The notes: a model not told the origin generated them from the letters alone. Positions 42,532 to 53,882 are shown, numbered from the stretch's first letter. The stretch: 64,000 bases of DNA from Pelagomonas calceolata (GCA_918797485.1 CAKKNE010000005.1:3100001-3164000), one strand, 5' to 3'. Program-made: numbers and translations.

Positions 42532-44751
42532 ATGGAGTCCCCGCGCCGCAAGAGCGCGCGCAACGAGGCGCCGGCCTGCCCGATCTGCGGCCGCTGCTTC
42601 CCGGCCGACGAGATCGAGGCCCACGCGGCCGAGTGCGCGGCCCGGGCCTTTGGGGAAGATGAGCCTGCTCAAGAGCCGCCTCCCGAGGCGCCGCACCCCG
42701 ACGAGGCCGAGCCTCGGCGAAGAAGGCGCCGGACGGATCGCGCGCGCGTGCCCGTGAACACGCAGTACGACAAGCACCTGCCTTCTGCCCGGTCGAGGGC
42801 CGTTGCTAGATCCGCCCCAGCACATGGCCGGACCTGGGCCGTCCCCGGTGGGGAAGCGGCGCAGTTACGAGGCGGTGCGGTCATTTACGCCGCCGAATTA
42901 CCGGAACACTTGCAAGCTCGGGTCGACGCGGCCGACGATGCTTTGGCATTGCTCGCTCCCGAGGCCGTGTCCTTCACGAATAGTAGAGGCGCTTTGGATA
43001 AACGCAAAACAGAAGAGTACAGAAGAAGGGTCCAGGAGGAAGAGTACCAACTGGAATTATATAGAAGCACGATGGGCGCGTCCAAGAAAGCGGATGTTCA
43101 AGAGCCGCCCGAGCCCCAGCTGTCGCTGCGGATCGCCTTCGATTCCGAGGGCACCGCCTCGGCCGTCAAGGTCGAACCGAAGCCGCGGCCCTCCGTCACA
43201 AGTCCGCGCGAAGCGGCGGCGGCGGCCCGGGCGCGGCGACGCGGCCGGGACATCCAGGCCGCGCGCGAGCGGGAACGGCGGCGGCGCGACGTCCGCAATT
43301 CTGCGAGACCGACGTCCAATGAACAAGCCTTAGAATATGTTGGAAGGATGCGGAAGATCCTGCCGGAGCGCACCGTGGCTACTTTCGTGGAATTGTTAAG
43401 AGCCTACAAGCGCAAGACGTTTCCTGCCATGGACGTGGCTGAAAGAGTCGCTTCATTACTAAAGGGCTACCCCGAGTTAATCCGGGACTTCGAGCACTTC
43501 CTGCCGGCGCGGGACGCGTCCCGTGATTTCCTGCGGTCGGCGGCGGCGCGGGATCCTGGTATTAGCGAGACTGAACCGCCGTCGGAGTACACGCAAATGT
43601 GGTCCGAGCGCGCCGCGGGTTCACAACCGGACTTGACGTTATTAGCTCACGACGAGGTCGAGGCGCCTCCCAATGATCCCGCGGGCGACGCGGCGGCCGC
43701 CGCTGTGGCCGCGGATGCCGGCGCGGAGCCTCCGACGAAGCGTAGGAAGTCCGAGGCCGTGCACGCGACGTGGCGCGCGGCCTGGGCCGACTACAAGGCC
43801 GCTACCGAGGGCGATTCGGACCGGACCCAGGTCGCCGAGGCGGCGCGGCGCGTCGTGGCCGCCTCCCAAGCCATCGCGCAGGTCCAGGGCTCGGCCGTCG
43901 TCTTACCGCCCGAGGTCGCGCCGCCGCCGCCGCCGGCTTTGATCCATGGGGCAAACACGAACCCCTGGGCGCCGCCCATGGGCCACATCCACGGGCCCGA
44001 GGCGACGCCGCCCGTGACACAACAGCCTATGTTAAACGCCATCGGCCCGCCGATGATGGCCGCCGTCGCTGCGGCGGCGGCATTGCAGGCCGGCGCCGGG
44101 CCGCTACCGTCCCAAGCGACGCCCTGGAAGCTGCCCATCCCCTCGGTGACGCCCCCGGAGCAGCCGGACTACGAGGCACCGCCCTCGATCAGCGAGGGCG
44201 ACGGCGGCTTCTGCGACGGCAAGGGCGACCTGGACGTCGACGCGACGTCCGACGAGGAAGAAAGTGATGCGGAGCCGGTCTTCGCGGCGCCGGAGCGGTC
44301 GTTGGAAGATCCGGTCGACGGCGCCGGGCCTTTATTACTGAAGGGCGTGGTTGAAACGGACGACCGCTTGCAGCGGCGCCACGCGCAGCTCGTGGCCCAG
44401 GTCACGGGCCGCCGCGCGCCGCCCTACGGATCCTCCTTGACAGTGGCGCCCCGGCCGCCTCAAAGAGTCGACGATATGAGAGTCGGCCGCTGGGTCGAGG
44501 TCTGGTGGCCCGGCCCCGGCGCCTGGTATTTGGGACGCATCGTCGCCGAGGGGGCCGGCACGCTCAAGATCGCCTACACGGACGGCCAGACCCACGACCA
44601 GAAGTTCCAGGACCACGCCTTCCGGGGCGTCGGCCCGCCGCCGGCCGAGATGATGGGCGAGGCCGCGACGTGGCGCTTCGCCAAGGGGCCGGCCCGCGGT
44701 CCCGGCCGGCCCGTGGCGCCCGCCGCGGTGCCCATGGAGGTGTCGGCCTGA
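42532..44751 (+). CDS. UBZ-type zinc finger + PAH + Tudor-like nuclear protein
   Basis: CPICGRCFPADEIEAHAAEC; ALEYVGRMRK...FVELLRAYK...VASLLKGYPELIRDFEHFLP (PAH); VGRWVEVWWPGPGAWYLGRI...IAYTDG (Tudor-like). Confidence 0.8.
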   Translation: MESPRRKSARNEAPACPICGRCFPADEIEAHAAECAARAFGEDEPAQEPPPEAPHPDEAEPRRRRRRTDRARVPVNTQYDKHLPSARSRAVARSAPAHGRTWAVPGGEAAQLRGGAVIYAAELPEHLQARVDAADDALALLAPEAVSFTNSRGALDKRKTEEYRRRVQEEEYQLELYRSTMGASKKADVQEPPEPQLSLRIAFDSEGTASAVKVEPKPRPSVTSPREAAAAARARRRGRDIQAARERERRRRDVRNSARPTSNEQALEYVGRMRKILPERTVATFVELLRAYKRKTFPAMDVAERVASLLKGYPELIRDFEHFLPARDASRDFLRSAAARDPGISETEPPSEYTQMWSERAAGSQPDLTLLAHDEVEAPPNDPAGDAAAAAVAADAGAEPPTKRRKSEAVHATWRAAWADYKAATEGDSDRTQVAEAARRVVAASQAIAQVQGSAVVLPPEVAPPPPPALIHGANTNPWAPPMGHIHGPEATPPVTQQPMLNAIGPPMMAAVAAAAALQAGAGPLPSQATPWKLPIPSVTPPEQPDYEAPPSISEGDGGFCDGKGDLDVDATSDEEESDAEPVFAAPERSLEDPVDGAGPLLLKGVVETDDRLQRRHAQLVAQVTGRRAPPYGSSLTVAPRPPQRVDDMRVGRWVEVWWPGPGAWYLGRIVAEGAGTLKIAYTDGQTHDQKFQDHAFRGVGPPPAEMMGEAATWRFAKGPARGPGRPVAPAAVPMEVSA

Positions 44752-45237
44752 GGCGCTCTCCCCCTGCTTTTATCCTCTCTAAGCTTTACTCTACATATCT
44801 GTTGCTTTGCTTAGAGCTAGGCCGCCTAGCCACGACCCGCCGCGGGGGCTGCGTGACCGCACGCCCGCCCCGCCCCCGGCCCTCGCCCGCCGTCGCCCCG
44901 ATATGTTCGTCGCGCACGAAATGGCGAAAACCCCGACGGCTGGGATAGATGTTGTTGTTACGGTGCTAGGACTAGTCACTAGTGGGCGGATAGATCTCGG
45001 CTGTTTTCTAGTGTCTTACAGGACGCTAGCAACCTGCATTTTGCCGGCGCCGTCTGTGCGTGTTATCGCTGCTAATAGGCCCACCAGTGACACCTGCGAG
45101 CGAGCCACAGCGAGTGCATCAGATATTCTGACCTGTGCGACGAATTGTCAATCTCTGTGCTTGTTGCACACTGTGCGCACTGCCAACTGCACCCGACGCC
45201 GCGACGCCACGACGCTGCGACGCCATCGCCGCGAACC

Positions 45238-46621
45238 ATGTCATCCATGCGCGACAAAGTGGCTGCTCTCAGCGCCAAGCTGAGCGGCAAGAAGAAAAAA
45301 CGAGGCGGCGGCGACGCCAGCAGCACGGCGAAGCGCTCCAAGAGCGATGCAGACCCGAGCGCGCGCTACCTCGCCAATCCCTTGACGGCGCCGATCGTCC
45401 AGCGCTGGCACGCGTACTTCCGGTCGCGGCTGGCGACGCCGCCGCGTGTTTTTGTCGGACCCAAGACGGGCTGGCGCGGAGTGGCCAAGCTCGCGGCACG
45501 GCGCGTGAACGGTAGAGTGCTGCTGGGACTCTTCGCGCCGGGCACGCACGACGTCGTGACCAGTGCTTCGACCTCGGCCGCCCACGCGCCCGCGCTGAAC
45601 ACCGCCATCAAAGCAGTGGAAGCAGCCCTCGCCGAGGAGCGCATCTACGCCAACGGCGCGGCCGAGGGCGACGGCTCGGTATCCTACGTCGGTTTGGCCC
45701 ACGAGTCGACGACGGATAGGGTCCAGGTCGTCGTCGTCGTGAACGGCGACGACGCGGCGCCGGCGCGGCGCGTGCGGGCGCGCCTCGAGGGCCGCGGCTG
45801 GCTCCACTCCTTCTTCGCGCACCTGAACCCCGTGTCGCGCCACGACAACGCCATCTACGGGCGCGGTGCGTGCCTCCGGGTCCTTTTTTTGGGGGTGTTC
45901 AGCTTCGACGGGCGCCGCATCGACGGCGTGGGAGGGGGTGTTCATCCCAACGTACGCCATCGACGCGACACGCAACGCAGGCGGGCCGGAGACGTGGCGC
46001 CCCCTGCCCCAGGGAACTTGCGCGAACTTCGCATGCACCGCGGGGCAATGCGTGCAGGAGGCGCCGCTCGGCGTGGGCCTCTTCTTCGCGCCGGCGTGCT
46101 TCCGCCAGGCGAACCTGGCCCAGTTCGCGGAGATCGTCAGGGCCATCCAGAAGGCCGTGCCAAAAAACGCGCGCGTCGTCGAGCTCTACGGCGGCGTGGC
46201 CACGATCGGCGCTCACCTGCTGGAGCGCGCCGCGCGCGTGCGGTGCTCGGACGAGAACCCCTGGAACGCCGCGTGCGTCGACCTGCTGAAGCAAGGTCTT
46301 GACGAGGCGCTCGCGGAGAAGCTCTCCTACGAGACGGCGCCGGCCGCGGTCGTCGCGCGGCGCGGCGATTTGGCCCACGCAGACGTGATCGTTGTGGACC
46401 CGCCGCGCAAGGGGCTCTGCGCGGACGTGCTCAAGGCCCTCCTGCGGCCCGCGCCGAAGCCAAGGAAACTCGTCTACGTGTCCTGCGGCTTCGACGCGCT
46501 GCAGCGCGACCTCGCGGCGCTCGTCGCGGGCCGCTGGCGCCTCGACCGCGTCGAGGGCCACGTCTTGTTTCCCGGCGCGGACCACGTGGAAACGCTGGCC
46601 GTGCTGGACGAGGGTGGGTAG
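45238..46621 (+). CDS. TrmA/RlmD-family RNA (uracil-5) methyltransferase, join(45238..45865,45981..46621)
   Basis: FRQAN, VVELYGGVATIG, VIVVDPPRKGL, LVYVSCG, LFPGADHVETLA. Confidence 0.88.
45866..45980 (+). mobile_element. Degenerate introner-like intron (115 bp)
   Basis: GTGCGT...ACGCAG with ACGCCATCGACGCGAC core; its removal joins two ORFs in frame. Confidence 0.78.
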
Positions 46622-46881
46622 GTTCGCGGCGTCCTTTTTATGTCGTCTCCACGCAAGTTGTCGATGGCGTGGCCGCGCTGCTCCGCGTGTCGAGACTGGT
46701 CGGGAGCCAGTTCCTTCTCCTCGTCGTCGGTTCCAGCGAACTCAGATGCTTTAACTTTGCTGCGCCTCACGTCCCAAACCTCCACGAAGTCCTCCACGCC
46801 ATCGACGCGACGTCCATCCCCCTTGTCCCTTGAAGTTCTACCTTGAAGTAACATACTCTTTCTTACCAGCCACGGAGACTC

Positions 46882-49176
46882 TCAGCCCGGCGTCGTGCCC
46901 ACGCGGTCGGCGCGCATGTGCGACGCTTCGGCGCAGCGGCAGAGGACCGCCTCGGGGTTCGACGGCGTGTCGAAGTAGTGCGTGAGGCGGCTGTTGCAGT
47001 CGCCGCACGCCCAGCAGCGGAGGATGGGGACGCCCTTGATGTGGTCGGCGACGATGACGCGCGCGCCGATGGTGGGGAGCGAGAGCTCCTCGTCGTAGGC
47101 GACCTCGACGACGTCGAGGCCCGCGAACGACGACGCCGCCTCCTCGACGCGCGCGCGCTTGTCCCGCCCCCGGAGCTCCGGCACGACGCCGTCCCGCCAG
47201 ACGCAGAACTCGCAGACCGCCGGCTTTTCGCTCGTCGCGGCCGCGGCCGCCGCGCACCGGCGGTCGTAACCCACCAACCACCCGACGTCCACGTCTCTCT
47301 CACTGACGTGGCCCCGCAGCGCGACGATCATCGTGCTCCACGACAGGTCGAAGTTGATGAACCACGGCCGGCGCCCGCGGCCGTCCGCGCACGAGCTCCA
47401 GAACCTATACCACGACTCCAAAAAGACGCAGTGCTCCAGGTTCTCGAAGTCGACCTCGGCCGGTAGCGTGGCGAGCAGGTCGTAGCTGTCCGGCCGGGCG
47501 CGGAACTCGTCGAACTGCGCCTCGATCTTCCGCGCGCGCGTCGCGTTGTCGTCGTCGGCGTCCCAGTACAACAAGAAGTCGAAGACCTCCTCCCCGAACT
47601 CCGGCATGTTCTTGGGCCGCCGCCCCCGCTCAAAAGAGCCCAGGGTCCGCCTCGACCGAGCCGTCACGCGGTTCGCCAGCTCCGCGCGTATCCGCTCGTG
47701 CGCCTCCGTGGCGAGGAAGGGGAGCGTCCTCGGCACCGGCCGGTCGTGGAACTGGATCGCGCGGTCCAATAACTCGACGACGGACACGCCCTGGCCGTCG
47801 CGGCGCAGCTCCATGACCCAGGCCTGGTCCGTGACGCTCAGCATCCGCAAGAGGCGCGACGCGCCCGCGACGGCGGTGTCCTCCTCGGGAGCTTCGGCAC
47901 CAGGCGTCTCGTCGCGCGTCGCCACGTCGCGCGTCGATGGCGCCGCGTCGCGGCCGCCCGCGCCGTCGACGTCGCGCGCGTCGACGTCGCTCGCGCCCGT
48001 CGCGACCGTCGCGCCCGCCCCGGTGCCGAAGTAGCCGCCCGCGCCGGCGTTGGGCGTCGCCTCGAGCGACGTCAAAGGCGGTACCGTCGCAGACGCGGCG
48101 CCGGCGTCGCGCGCTAGGGCCCGCACCGCGTTCCGTTCGCACGTCGCGTAGACGAACGCCCCGTAGAGGTCGACAAAGCGCGACAGCGACGGTTTGCCGA
48201 GGTTGTCCCAAAGCCACGCCTCGACCGCCACAGCGCCGCCGGCGTCGACCATGGCTTGGTGCGCGTCGCCGAGATCCTGGCCCCGCGTCGCGTCCTTGAA
48301 GAGCGAGCAGAGCTTCAGGTCTTTCTGGTCGACGTTGGCGCGGCGCACCGTCTCTTTTGCGAGGTGCAGCGTGTCCATGACGATTGCTGTTAACAGCGGC
48401 CCCGGCGCGATGCCGAGCCTCCCGAGGCAGCTCTTGAGCATGAGCGCGTCCATCTCGCCGTGCTCGACCAGTACGATCCGAGCCCCGCCCGCGGAGTCGT
48501 TCAGGAACTCGAGGAGCTTGCGGAGCTGCACGCCCAGCGGCTGAGCGCCGCGCGCCTCGAGGACGTCCGAATCGAGACCGTGTATCGAGAGGGCCTCGGC
48601 GGTGATCGGGACGTCGTCTTCCGGCAACACGTAGAGCGTCACGCGTACTTTGGGCTTGTCGACCTGGAACACGCACATCGCCAACGGCGTGTCGAACCGG
48701 TGGTCCGTGCTCGAGCTCTCGATGTCGATACCGAACCACATGAGAGGAGAGTCGGCGACGGCCGTCATGAAGAGCTCGTGCCGGGGCTCGACCACCGTCC
48801 TGCTGTAGTCGCGCAGCGTCTCCAGCGTGGACGCGCCGTCCGCCGCGGGCGTCGCCGCGAAGACGAGCGGCGCCGCGGGCAACGGCACCGGCGGCGGCGC
48901 GCGGCCCGTCGGCAGGGCGTGGTGGTCGGGCGACGGCTCCGGCGACGCGGGCGGCGAGGGCGTGTGCGGCGGCGTGCCCGGCGCGTGCAGGTCGAGGTCC
49001 ATCGCAGCGGATTGCGCGCCGTCGTCGCCGCCATCGTTCGGCGCGTTCACGTCCTGAGCTGGTGGTACTTGTTGCGCTTCGGCTCGCACTCGTGCAAGCG
49101 CCTGCTCTAATACAGTAGGGTCTACAGCACCCAGCACTCGTGCAAGCGACCGTGGGGTCAAGTGGGAGGGATCCAT
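46882..49176 (-). CDS. DEDDh 3'-5' exonuclease with possible C-terminal His-Me (endonuclease VII-like) finger
   Basis: GIDIESS (ExoI), SIHGL, VEHGEMD (ExoII), MDTLHLA, AHQAMVDA (ExoIII); C-terminal CEFC...ADHIKG...RCWACGDCN. Confidence 0.75.
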   Translation of the reverse strand: MDPSHLTPRSLARVLGAVDPTVLEQALARVRAEAQQVPPAQDVNAPNDGGDDGAQSAAMDLDLHAPGTPPHTPSPPASPEPSPDHHALPTGRAPPPVPLPAAPLVFAATPAADGASTLETLRDYSRTVVEPRHELFMTAVADSPLMWFGIDIESSSTDHRFDTPLAMCVFQVDKPKVRVTLYVLPEDDVPITAEALSIHGLDSDVLEARGAQPLGVQLRKLLEFLNDSAGGARIVLVEHGEMDALMLKSCLGRLGIAPGPLLTAIVMDTLHLAKETVRRANVDQKDLKLCSLFKDATRGQDLGDAHQAMVDAGGAVAVEAWLWDNLGKPSLSRFVDLYGAFVYATCERNAVRALARDAGAASATVPPLTSLEATPNAGAGGYFGTGAGATVATGASDVDARDVDGAGGRDAAPSTRDVATRDETPGAEAPEEDTAVAGASRLLRMLSVTDQAWVMELRRDGQGVSVVELLDRAIQFHDRPVPRTLPFLATEAHERIRAELANRVTARSRRTLGSFERGRRPKNMPEFGEEVFDFLLYWDADDDNATRARKIEAQFDEFRARPDSYDLLATLPAEVDFENLEHCVFLESWYRFWSSCADGRGRRPWFINFDLSWSTMIVALRGHVSERDVDVGWLVGYDRRCAAAAAATSEKPAVCEFCVWRDGVVPELRGRDKRARVEEAASSFAGLDVVEVAYDEELSLPTIGARVIVADHIKGVPILRCWACGDCNSRLTHYFDTPSNPEAVLCRCAEASHMRADRVGTTPG

Positions 49177-50645
49177 GGCTTCTCGTCGATGCCTCGTTGA
49201 TTGCACAAAGCTCCAACTGCTTGCGTATCGGTGTGGAAGCCGCAAATTGCGCGCGCGGCGAGGAGGCTGCTAGCGTCACAAATACTAGGAACCGTGCAGG
49301 CAGCCCTGCTGCCCGGTGCAGCCGGGCGCATCGTGCCGCCTCCCGACCGTCTTGTGAGCTGCCGTGACGCATTTTGCGCGCGTAGGAGCAGTTGCACGCA
49401 GCGCACTGCGTCGGCAGTCGCGGCGCACAAAATTAGGCTAACTAGGGCATCTCGAGACTGGAGGTTACGCGGACCTCGCCCCAGGTGGAGTCGCGGACCG
49501 CGAGCGAGCTACTCGGCAGCCTCGGGACGCTTAAAGGACCTGACTGGCCTCTTCTGTTTGATCGAGCGGCGCGGGCGCGGCGTTAGCGGATCACTAGAGG
49601 GCCCCAACTCCTCCTAGGTCCAATGAGGTTCCGTCCCGTAATTTTTGGACAATCTCGGAACGAGCGTCGAATGCACAGACACACTCACTTACTCGACGGC
49701 GTCCGACCGTGCCACGTCCGGTTCGGCTGGCGGAATGTCGGAATGACCAGGGACGCCTCCCTGACGACGCAGCTCCAAGTAGAGGTCGAAAGCGGATCGA
49801 AAGCCGCCTATTCCCGTAGACAAAAAGGTGCTCAATCCTACTAGACAAAAACAAACTCCACCACCAAACCTCCACCACCTCGGTGCCCAACGTCTGTCTG
49901 CGCAAACAAATGCCCGGAAGGGCTGCCCCAAAGCTTTTGACACGCTACAACACGCGTACGCGTACGCGGTGAGCGTCGGAGAGCACCGATTTGAAAAACT
50001 GCTCTCCTGCCTCTGAGAGCAGCGCGGCGTCGTCGATGCGGCCGTCGCTGCACGAAGCGGACGCGACCCCATCGCCCCGCCACGCCTCGGCGTGCGCACC
50101 AACACGCCCGTGCCGCGGCAGCGCTTCGTTAGAATCCGCCGCGCCCTGACGCGTCGCGGCGATGGCGGGCTTACTTGGTAGTCGGAGTTCTCCCCGATAG
50201 GACGGCTTCGTCTACTACTTCGACGGGCGTCGCCGCGGCCACGCCGCTCTCCCAGTACAAAAGCCGACAACGAGCTGCGCGCTTCCGACGGCGCGGTGGA
50301 CGCCTCGCGGAACAGCTGGACGATCTTCTGGTCGAGTGCCAATGCCTCAACGAAGCGACGTACGCGGAACCGTGTGCAGAGGCCGTCCGTGCGCACGCGG
50401 ACCTCGTCGACGACGCAGATACGCCGTCGAGAGCGCGACCGGCGCGGGCGTCTGCACTTCCACGGGTACCCGACAAAGCACGACGGCGTGTCCATCACAC
50501 GAGGGCGCCGGATCCGTCGCGTTTCGGACGGATGCGGTGTGGTACTGCCTCGCCGCGTCGGTAGTCTGGAGCCGGGCCGTCCCTCGGGTTACTAGTACCA
50601 TTGCGAATACAATCTTGAACATAATACTTACTACAGCGTAGAAGT

Positions 50646-52478
50646 TCAGTCGTACTTCCACGCGCGCCGGCGAGGACTCAGGTGCCCCCACCGCTTGTTG
50701 GCGGCGACGGCGATGTCGCGCTTCTCGCGGAGCGTCTCGATCTTGAACTCCCGCGCGAGCTTGTCGAAGAACTCGATCCACGATGTATTGCACTTGTTGC
50801 CTGTGTGGAAATTAAACAGTAACACCGACCAAGCGACTGACGAGGCGTGTAGACGTCGTCTTCGAAGGCGGCGCTCAAATGATGGCGACGCGGCGAACTC
50901 GCAGGCACCGTTGTTCCTAATCGCACAACACCCTAATTGCACGTCGTGGGCGTGCTCCAGGCACGTAGCAAAACCGTTGTCTTCGTACAGGCCGAGGCAG
51001 CACGTGCAGTCCTGCGCGGCGTCGTACTTGACGTGCGGCTCGTACGGCGGTCTAAAGAAGTATTCGTTCAAGAGCGGCGCCATGCGGGTCGACGGCGCCT
51101 CGTGGGGCTCCAGGGCAAACTCTCTGAAACACAAACACATCAGGTTCTTTTGGGAGAGGCGCCCGTAGACGGCTGCGTCGGTACGTACGAGGTCGTCCCC
51201 GTCGCTCGGCGACTCGAGGCGCGCCTCCGACGCTTCGAGCGAGGCCAGGACCTTGCGCCGCGGGAGCATCTCGGAATTCAAGGCCCGCTGAAACCACACC
51301 GAGCTGGCACGCTTGAAGCTCGTCGCGCCGTTCTCGCACGGGTCCAGGGCACACATGTCCGCCTCGACCAGCGCGTCGATCAGCTTGTCCCGGTCACCCC
51401 TTATAGCATGAGCCCCGAGGTTGTAGGCGTCCCCCAACCGTTCGTAAAGCTTTTTCGTCGACACTTCCTTGAAGGCGTCGGCTTCGAGCGCTGCCTTGCC
51501 GCACGGGATGCTCTCGTCCAGGCCCGCCGCCCGCAGCAAATGCTCCATGGCGCGGGGCCTCCAGTTTTTCATGGAGGGGTCGTAGATGTGCGCGTCCGGC
51601 AGTTTGGCGTGTAGGTAGCCTTCGCCAGACGCGCGACAGTAGCACTGCTTCCCGGTGTAATCCCGGCCTGCCGCCGCCGACACCGTTTTGGCGATGGCGT
51701 CCCACGTCGCCGTGTCGCTCAGCGGCGGCGTCTCATCTAAGGGGTCGAGCGCCTCTTCGAGCGCCTTCGTGCCTTTATCGCCGGCGGCGTCGGACCAGTT
51801 CACGGGTGCGGCGCGAATCACCTGTGGCCCGGCGCTCGCGGCCGTGCGCGGGCCGTCGCCGAGGTTGCGCAGCTGGCGGTCGCCGGACAGTGTCTCGCGC
51901 CACGCAGCGTAGCGCGCTTTGCGGTGCGCCAAGAGCTTATCGATGAGCTCTCTGTCTTCCTGCGCTTCGGACGCCAGGAGTTTCTGGGCCAACACGCTCG
52001 CTTTCAGCTCTTCGCCAAATCGCTCGCGCGCCGCGGCTAAGAGGTCCGCCCGTTCCCGCATGGCGCCCGCGACAACATCTAACCCTTCCCCGGCCTCGCG
52101 ATAGGGCACCGGGCCGGCGTCGACGACTCCGGCGGCGGCCTTATCTTCGGCGCGGCGCTCCTTGTTCCACTGCTTGATGGCTTTTCGGCGGTGATCTAAG
52201 ATGTCCCGCTCCAGGGCCTTGTCGCTCTTCAGCAGCTCCATGAGCGCATTTTGTTTTTGAGTTATGCCGCCTGTGAGGCTCGCGTAGACTCTCGTGTGCT
52301 TGTCGCGCTTCATCTTTCTCAAGATGGCCAGCATGGTCGACTTGGCCTCGCCGGTGGCGGGATACTTGTGCTTGTTTTTGAACCGGCCGGGATAGTCGCA
52401 CTCCACCTCCTCCTCCTCCTCTTCTTCCGGCGGCGTCTCCACCTCCATCGGCGCGGGCTCGGGCGGCGTGTCGGCCAT
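50646..52478 (-). CDS. Hypothetical protein with C-terminal Cys/His cluster; in-frame intron 50801..50908
   Basis: Long ORF from MADTPP; spliced C-terminus CTCC...CLEHAH...CCAIRNN|GNKCN. Confidence 0.65.
   Translation of the reverse strand: MADTPPEPAPMEVETPPEEEEEEEVECDYPGRFKNKHKYPATGEAKSTMLAILRKMKRDKHTRVYASLTGGITQKQNALMELLKSDKALERDILDHRRKAIKQWNKERRAEDKAAAGVVDAGPVPYREAGEGLDVVAGAMRERADLLAAARERFGEELKASVLAQKLLASEAQEDRELIDKLLAHRKARYAAWRETLSGDRQLRNLGDGPRTAASAGPQVIRAAPVNWSDAAGDKGTKALEEALDPLDETPPLSDTATWDAIAKTVSAAAGRDYTGKQCYCRASGEGYLHAKLPDAHIYDPSMKNWRPRAMEHLLRAAGLDESIPCGKAALEADAFKEVSTKKLYERLGDAYNLGAHAIRGDRDKLIDALVEADMCALDPCENGATSFKRASSVWFQRALNSEMLPRRKVLASLEASEARLESPSDGDDLVRTDAAVYGRLSQKNLMCLCFREFALEPHEAPSTRMAPLLNEYFFRPPYEPHVKYDAAQDCTCCLGLYEDNGFATCLEHAHDVQLGCCAIRNNGACEFAASPSFERRLRRRRLHASSVAWSVLLFNFHTGNKCNTSWIEFFDKLAREFKIETLREKRDIAVAANKRWGHLSPRRRAWKYD
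50801..50908 (-). mobile_element. Introner-like intron (108 bp, in frame)
   Basis: GTGCCT donor; ends TTTAATTTCCACACAG, the family right TIR. Confidence 0.7.
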
Positions 52479-52918
52479 TGCGCAGTCCAAATGCGCAGTT
52501 TGGCTTTTAAAGGCTGTGAGGCAGTCAAACGCACGCGCGAGCAGCAGCGCAGCGGCAGCGATGCAAAAGTTGAAACCTCGGTGGTTCGAGCACGTTGCGC
52601 CCACTAGTTAGGTGTCCTTCGAGCGCGGCGCAGTTTGCAAACGACTAGTGCCTTACACTCCGCTAGCGAATTAAAATGCCCCCATCTTTCCAGAAGAGGC
52701 GTGCGTCGACAGCTCCCCGGTCGACGGCTCGGCAAGTGAGGGACCAAGGCGCGGCCTGTCACACAGCGAGAGCAAACAACACCGTCGTGCAACGAGGCCC
52801 GTCGAGCAACAAGCGCTGTCAACAGACAGCTGCGCAGCCCCACCAGACCAGCCAAGAACAGTTGCACCAGTCCTCGTGCCAAGTAGCGCTTGAGAAAGCG
52901 AACACAGGCACTGCAACC

Positions 52919-53882
52919 ATGCTCAGGACACTGTGCGTCGCCGCGATGGTGGCTAGCTACGCGCCGCGACGACGGCCAGCCGTCGCGCGGCCGGTCTGCG
53001 CGCACCAGCGACGGAGTCTGCTGCGGTACGCGGCGGACGGCGACACCGACGAAGACGTCCAGCACATCATCACGTGTGGCTCCTGCAAGGCCGTCTACGC
53101 CATCGACAAAGACATTCTTGGCAAGGGTGCCGGCGCGAAGGTGCAGTGTGAAGTCTGCGGCAACGTCTGGTTCCAGGCGACGGCGCGCGTCAACACCTGT
53201 GTGGAAATCAAAAGTTTACGGCGCGTTCGTGCTGAATCATCGCGTCGTCCTCCACGCCATCGACGCGAGGCTGGCACCCGACGCAGTGGTTGATTTCCAC
53301 ACAGGTGAACACGCTCTTCGACGGCTTTGAACTAAAAGAGTACGACGCCGAGAAGGCCCAAGAGGCCATCGACAAGCAAAAGGCCCGGGCCAAGGAGGCC
53401 GCGGACCGGCCGCCGCGCAAGCGGGGCGCCGCGACGTTGTTCGTCGCGAATTTGCCTTTTCGTTATAGTGATGACGACGTCGTCGCGCTCTTCGCCGAGG
53501 TCGCGCCGATCACGTCGGCCCAGGTCGTCATGGACGACGACGGCCGATCGCGGGGCTACGGCTTCGTCGACGTCAGTGCAAAAATCAAATTGTCGCGGCG
53601 CGTCTCACGGCCTCCACGCCATCGACGCGACGCCAGCTCGAGCACCCGACTCACTGTTTGATTTGTGCACAGGTCGAGATCGAGGTCGCGGCCGACGCCG
53701 AGCGGCTGATCTCGGAGTTCCACGGCTCGGACGTCGGCGGCCGCGACCTCATCGTTCGGCCGGGTAAGCAATCGGGCGGCGACGGCGGCGGGCGCGGCGG
53801 CGGCGGGCGGGGGCGCGGGCGCGGCCGAGGACGTGGACGTGGAGGCGGCCGAGGCCGTGGTGGTGGCGGCGACCAGTTCTAG
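52919..53882 (+). CDS. Zinc-ribbon (MJ0042-type) + RRM + RGG protein with targeting peptide; introns 53189..53304 and 53566..53672
   Basis: IITCGSCKAVYAI...GAKVQCEVCGNVW; RNP2 LFVANL; RNP1 RGYGF|VE restored by splicing; RG-rich tail. Confidence 0.88.
53189..53304 (+). mobile_element. Introner element (116-bp intron)
   Basis: TSD GTCAACAC / GTGAACAC; perfect 15-bp TIR CTGTGTGGAAATCAA...TTGATTTCCACACAG. Confidence 0.93.
53566..53672 (+). mobile_element. Introner element, variant subfamily (107-bp intron)
   Basis: TSD GTCGACGT / GTCGAGAT; ends CAGTGCAAAAATCAAA...TTTGATTTGTGCACAG. Confidence 0.88.

Noticed and set aside
49600..50600. Possible gene or transposase between the exonuclease and the 50646 gene
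   Set aside because: Only short, inconsistent ORFs; no DDE, RT or other motif recognised, and no terminal repeats seen.
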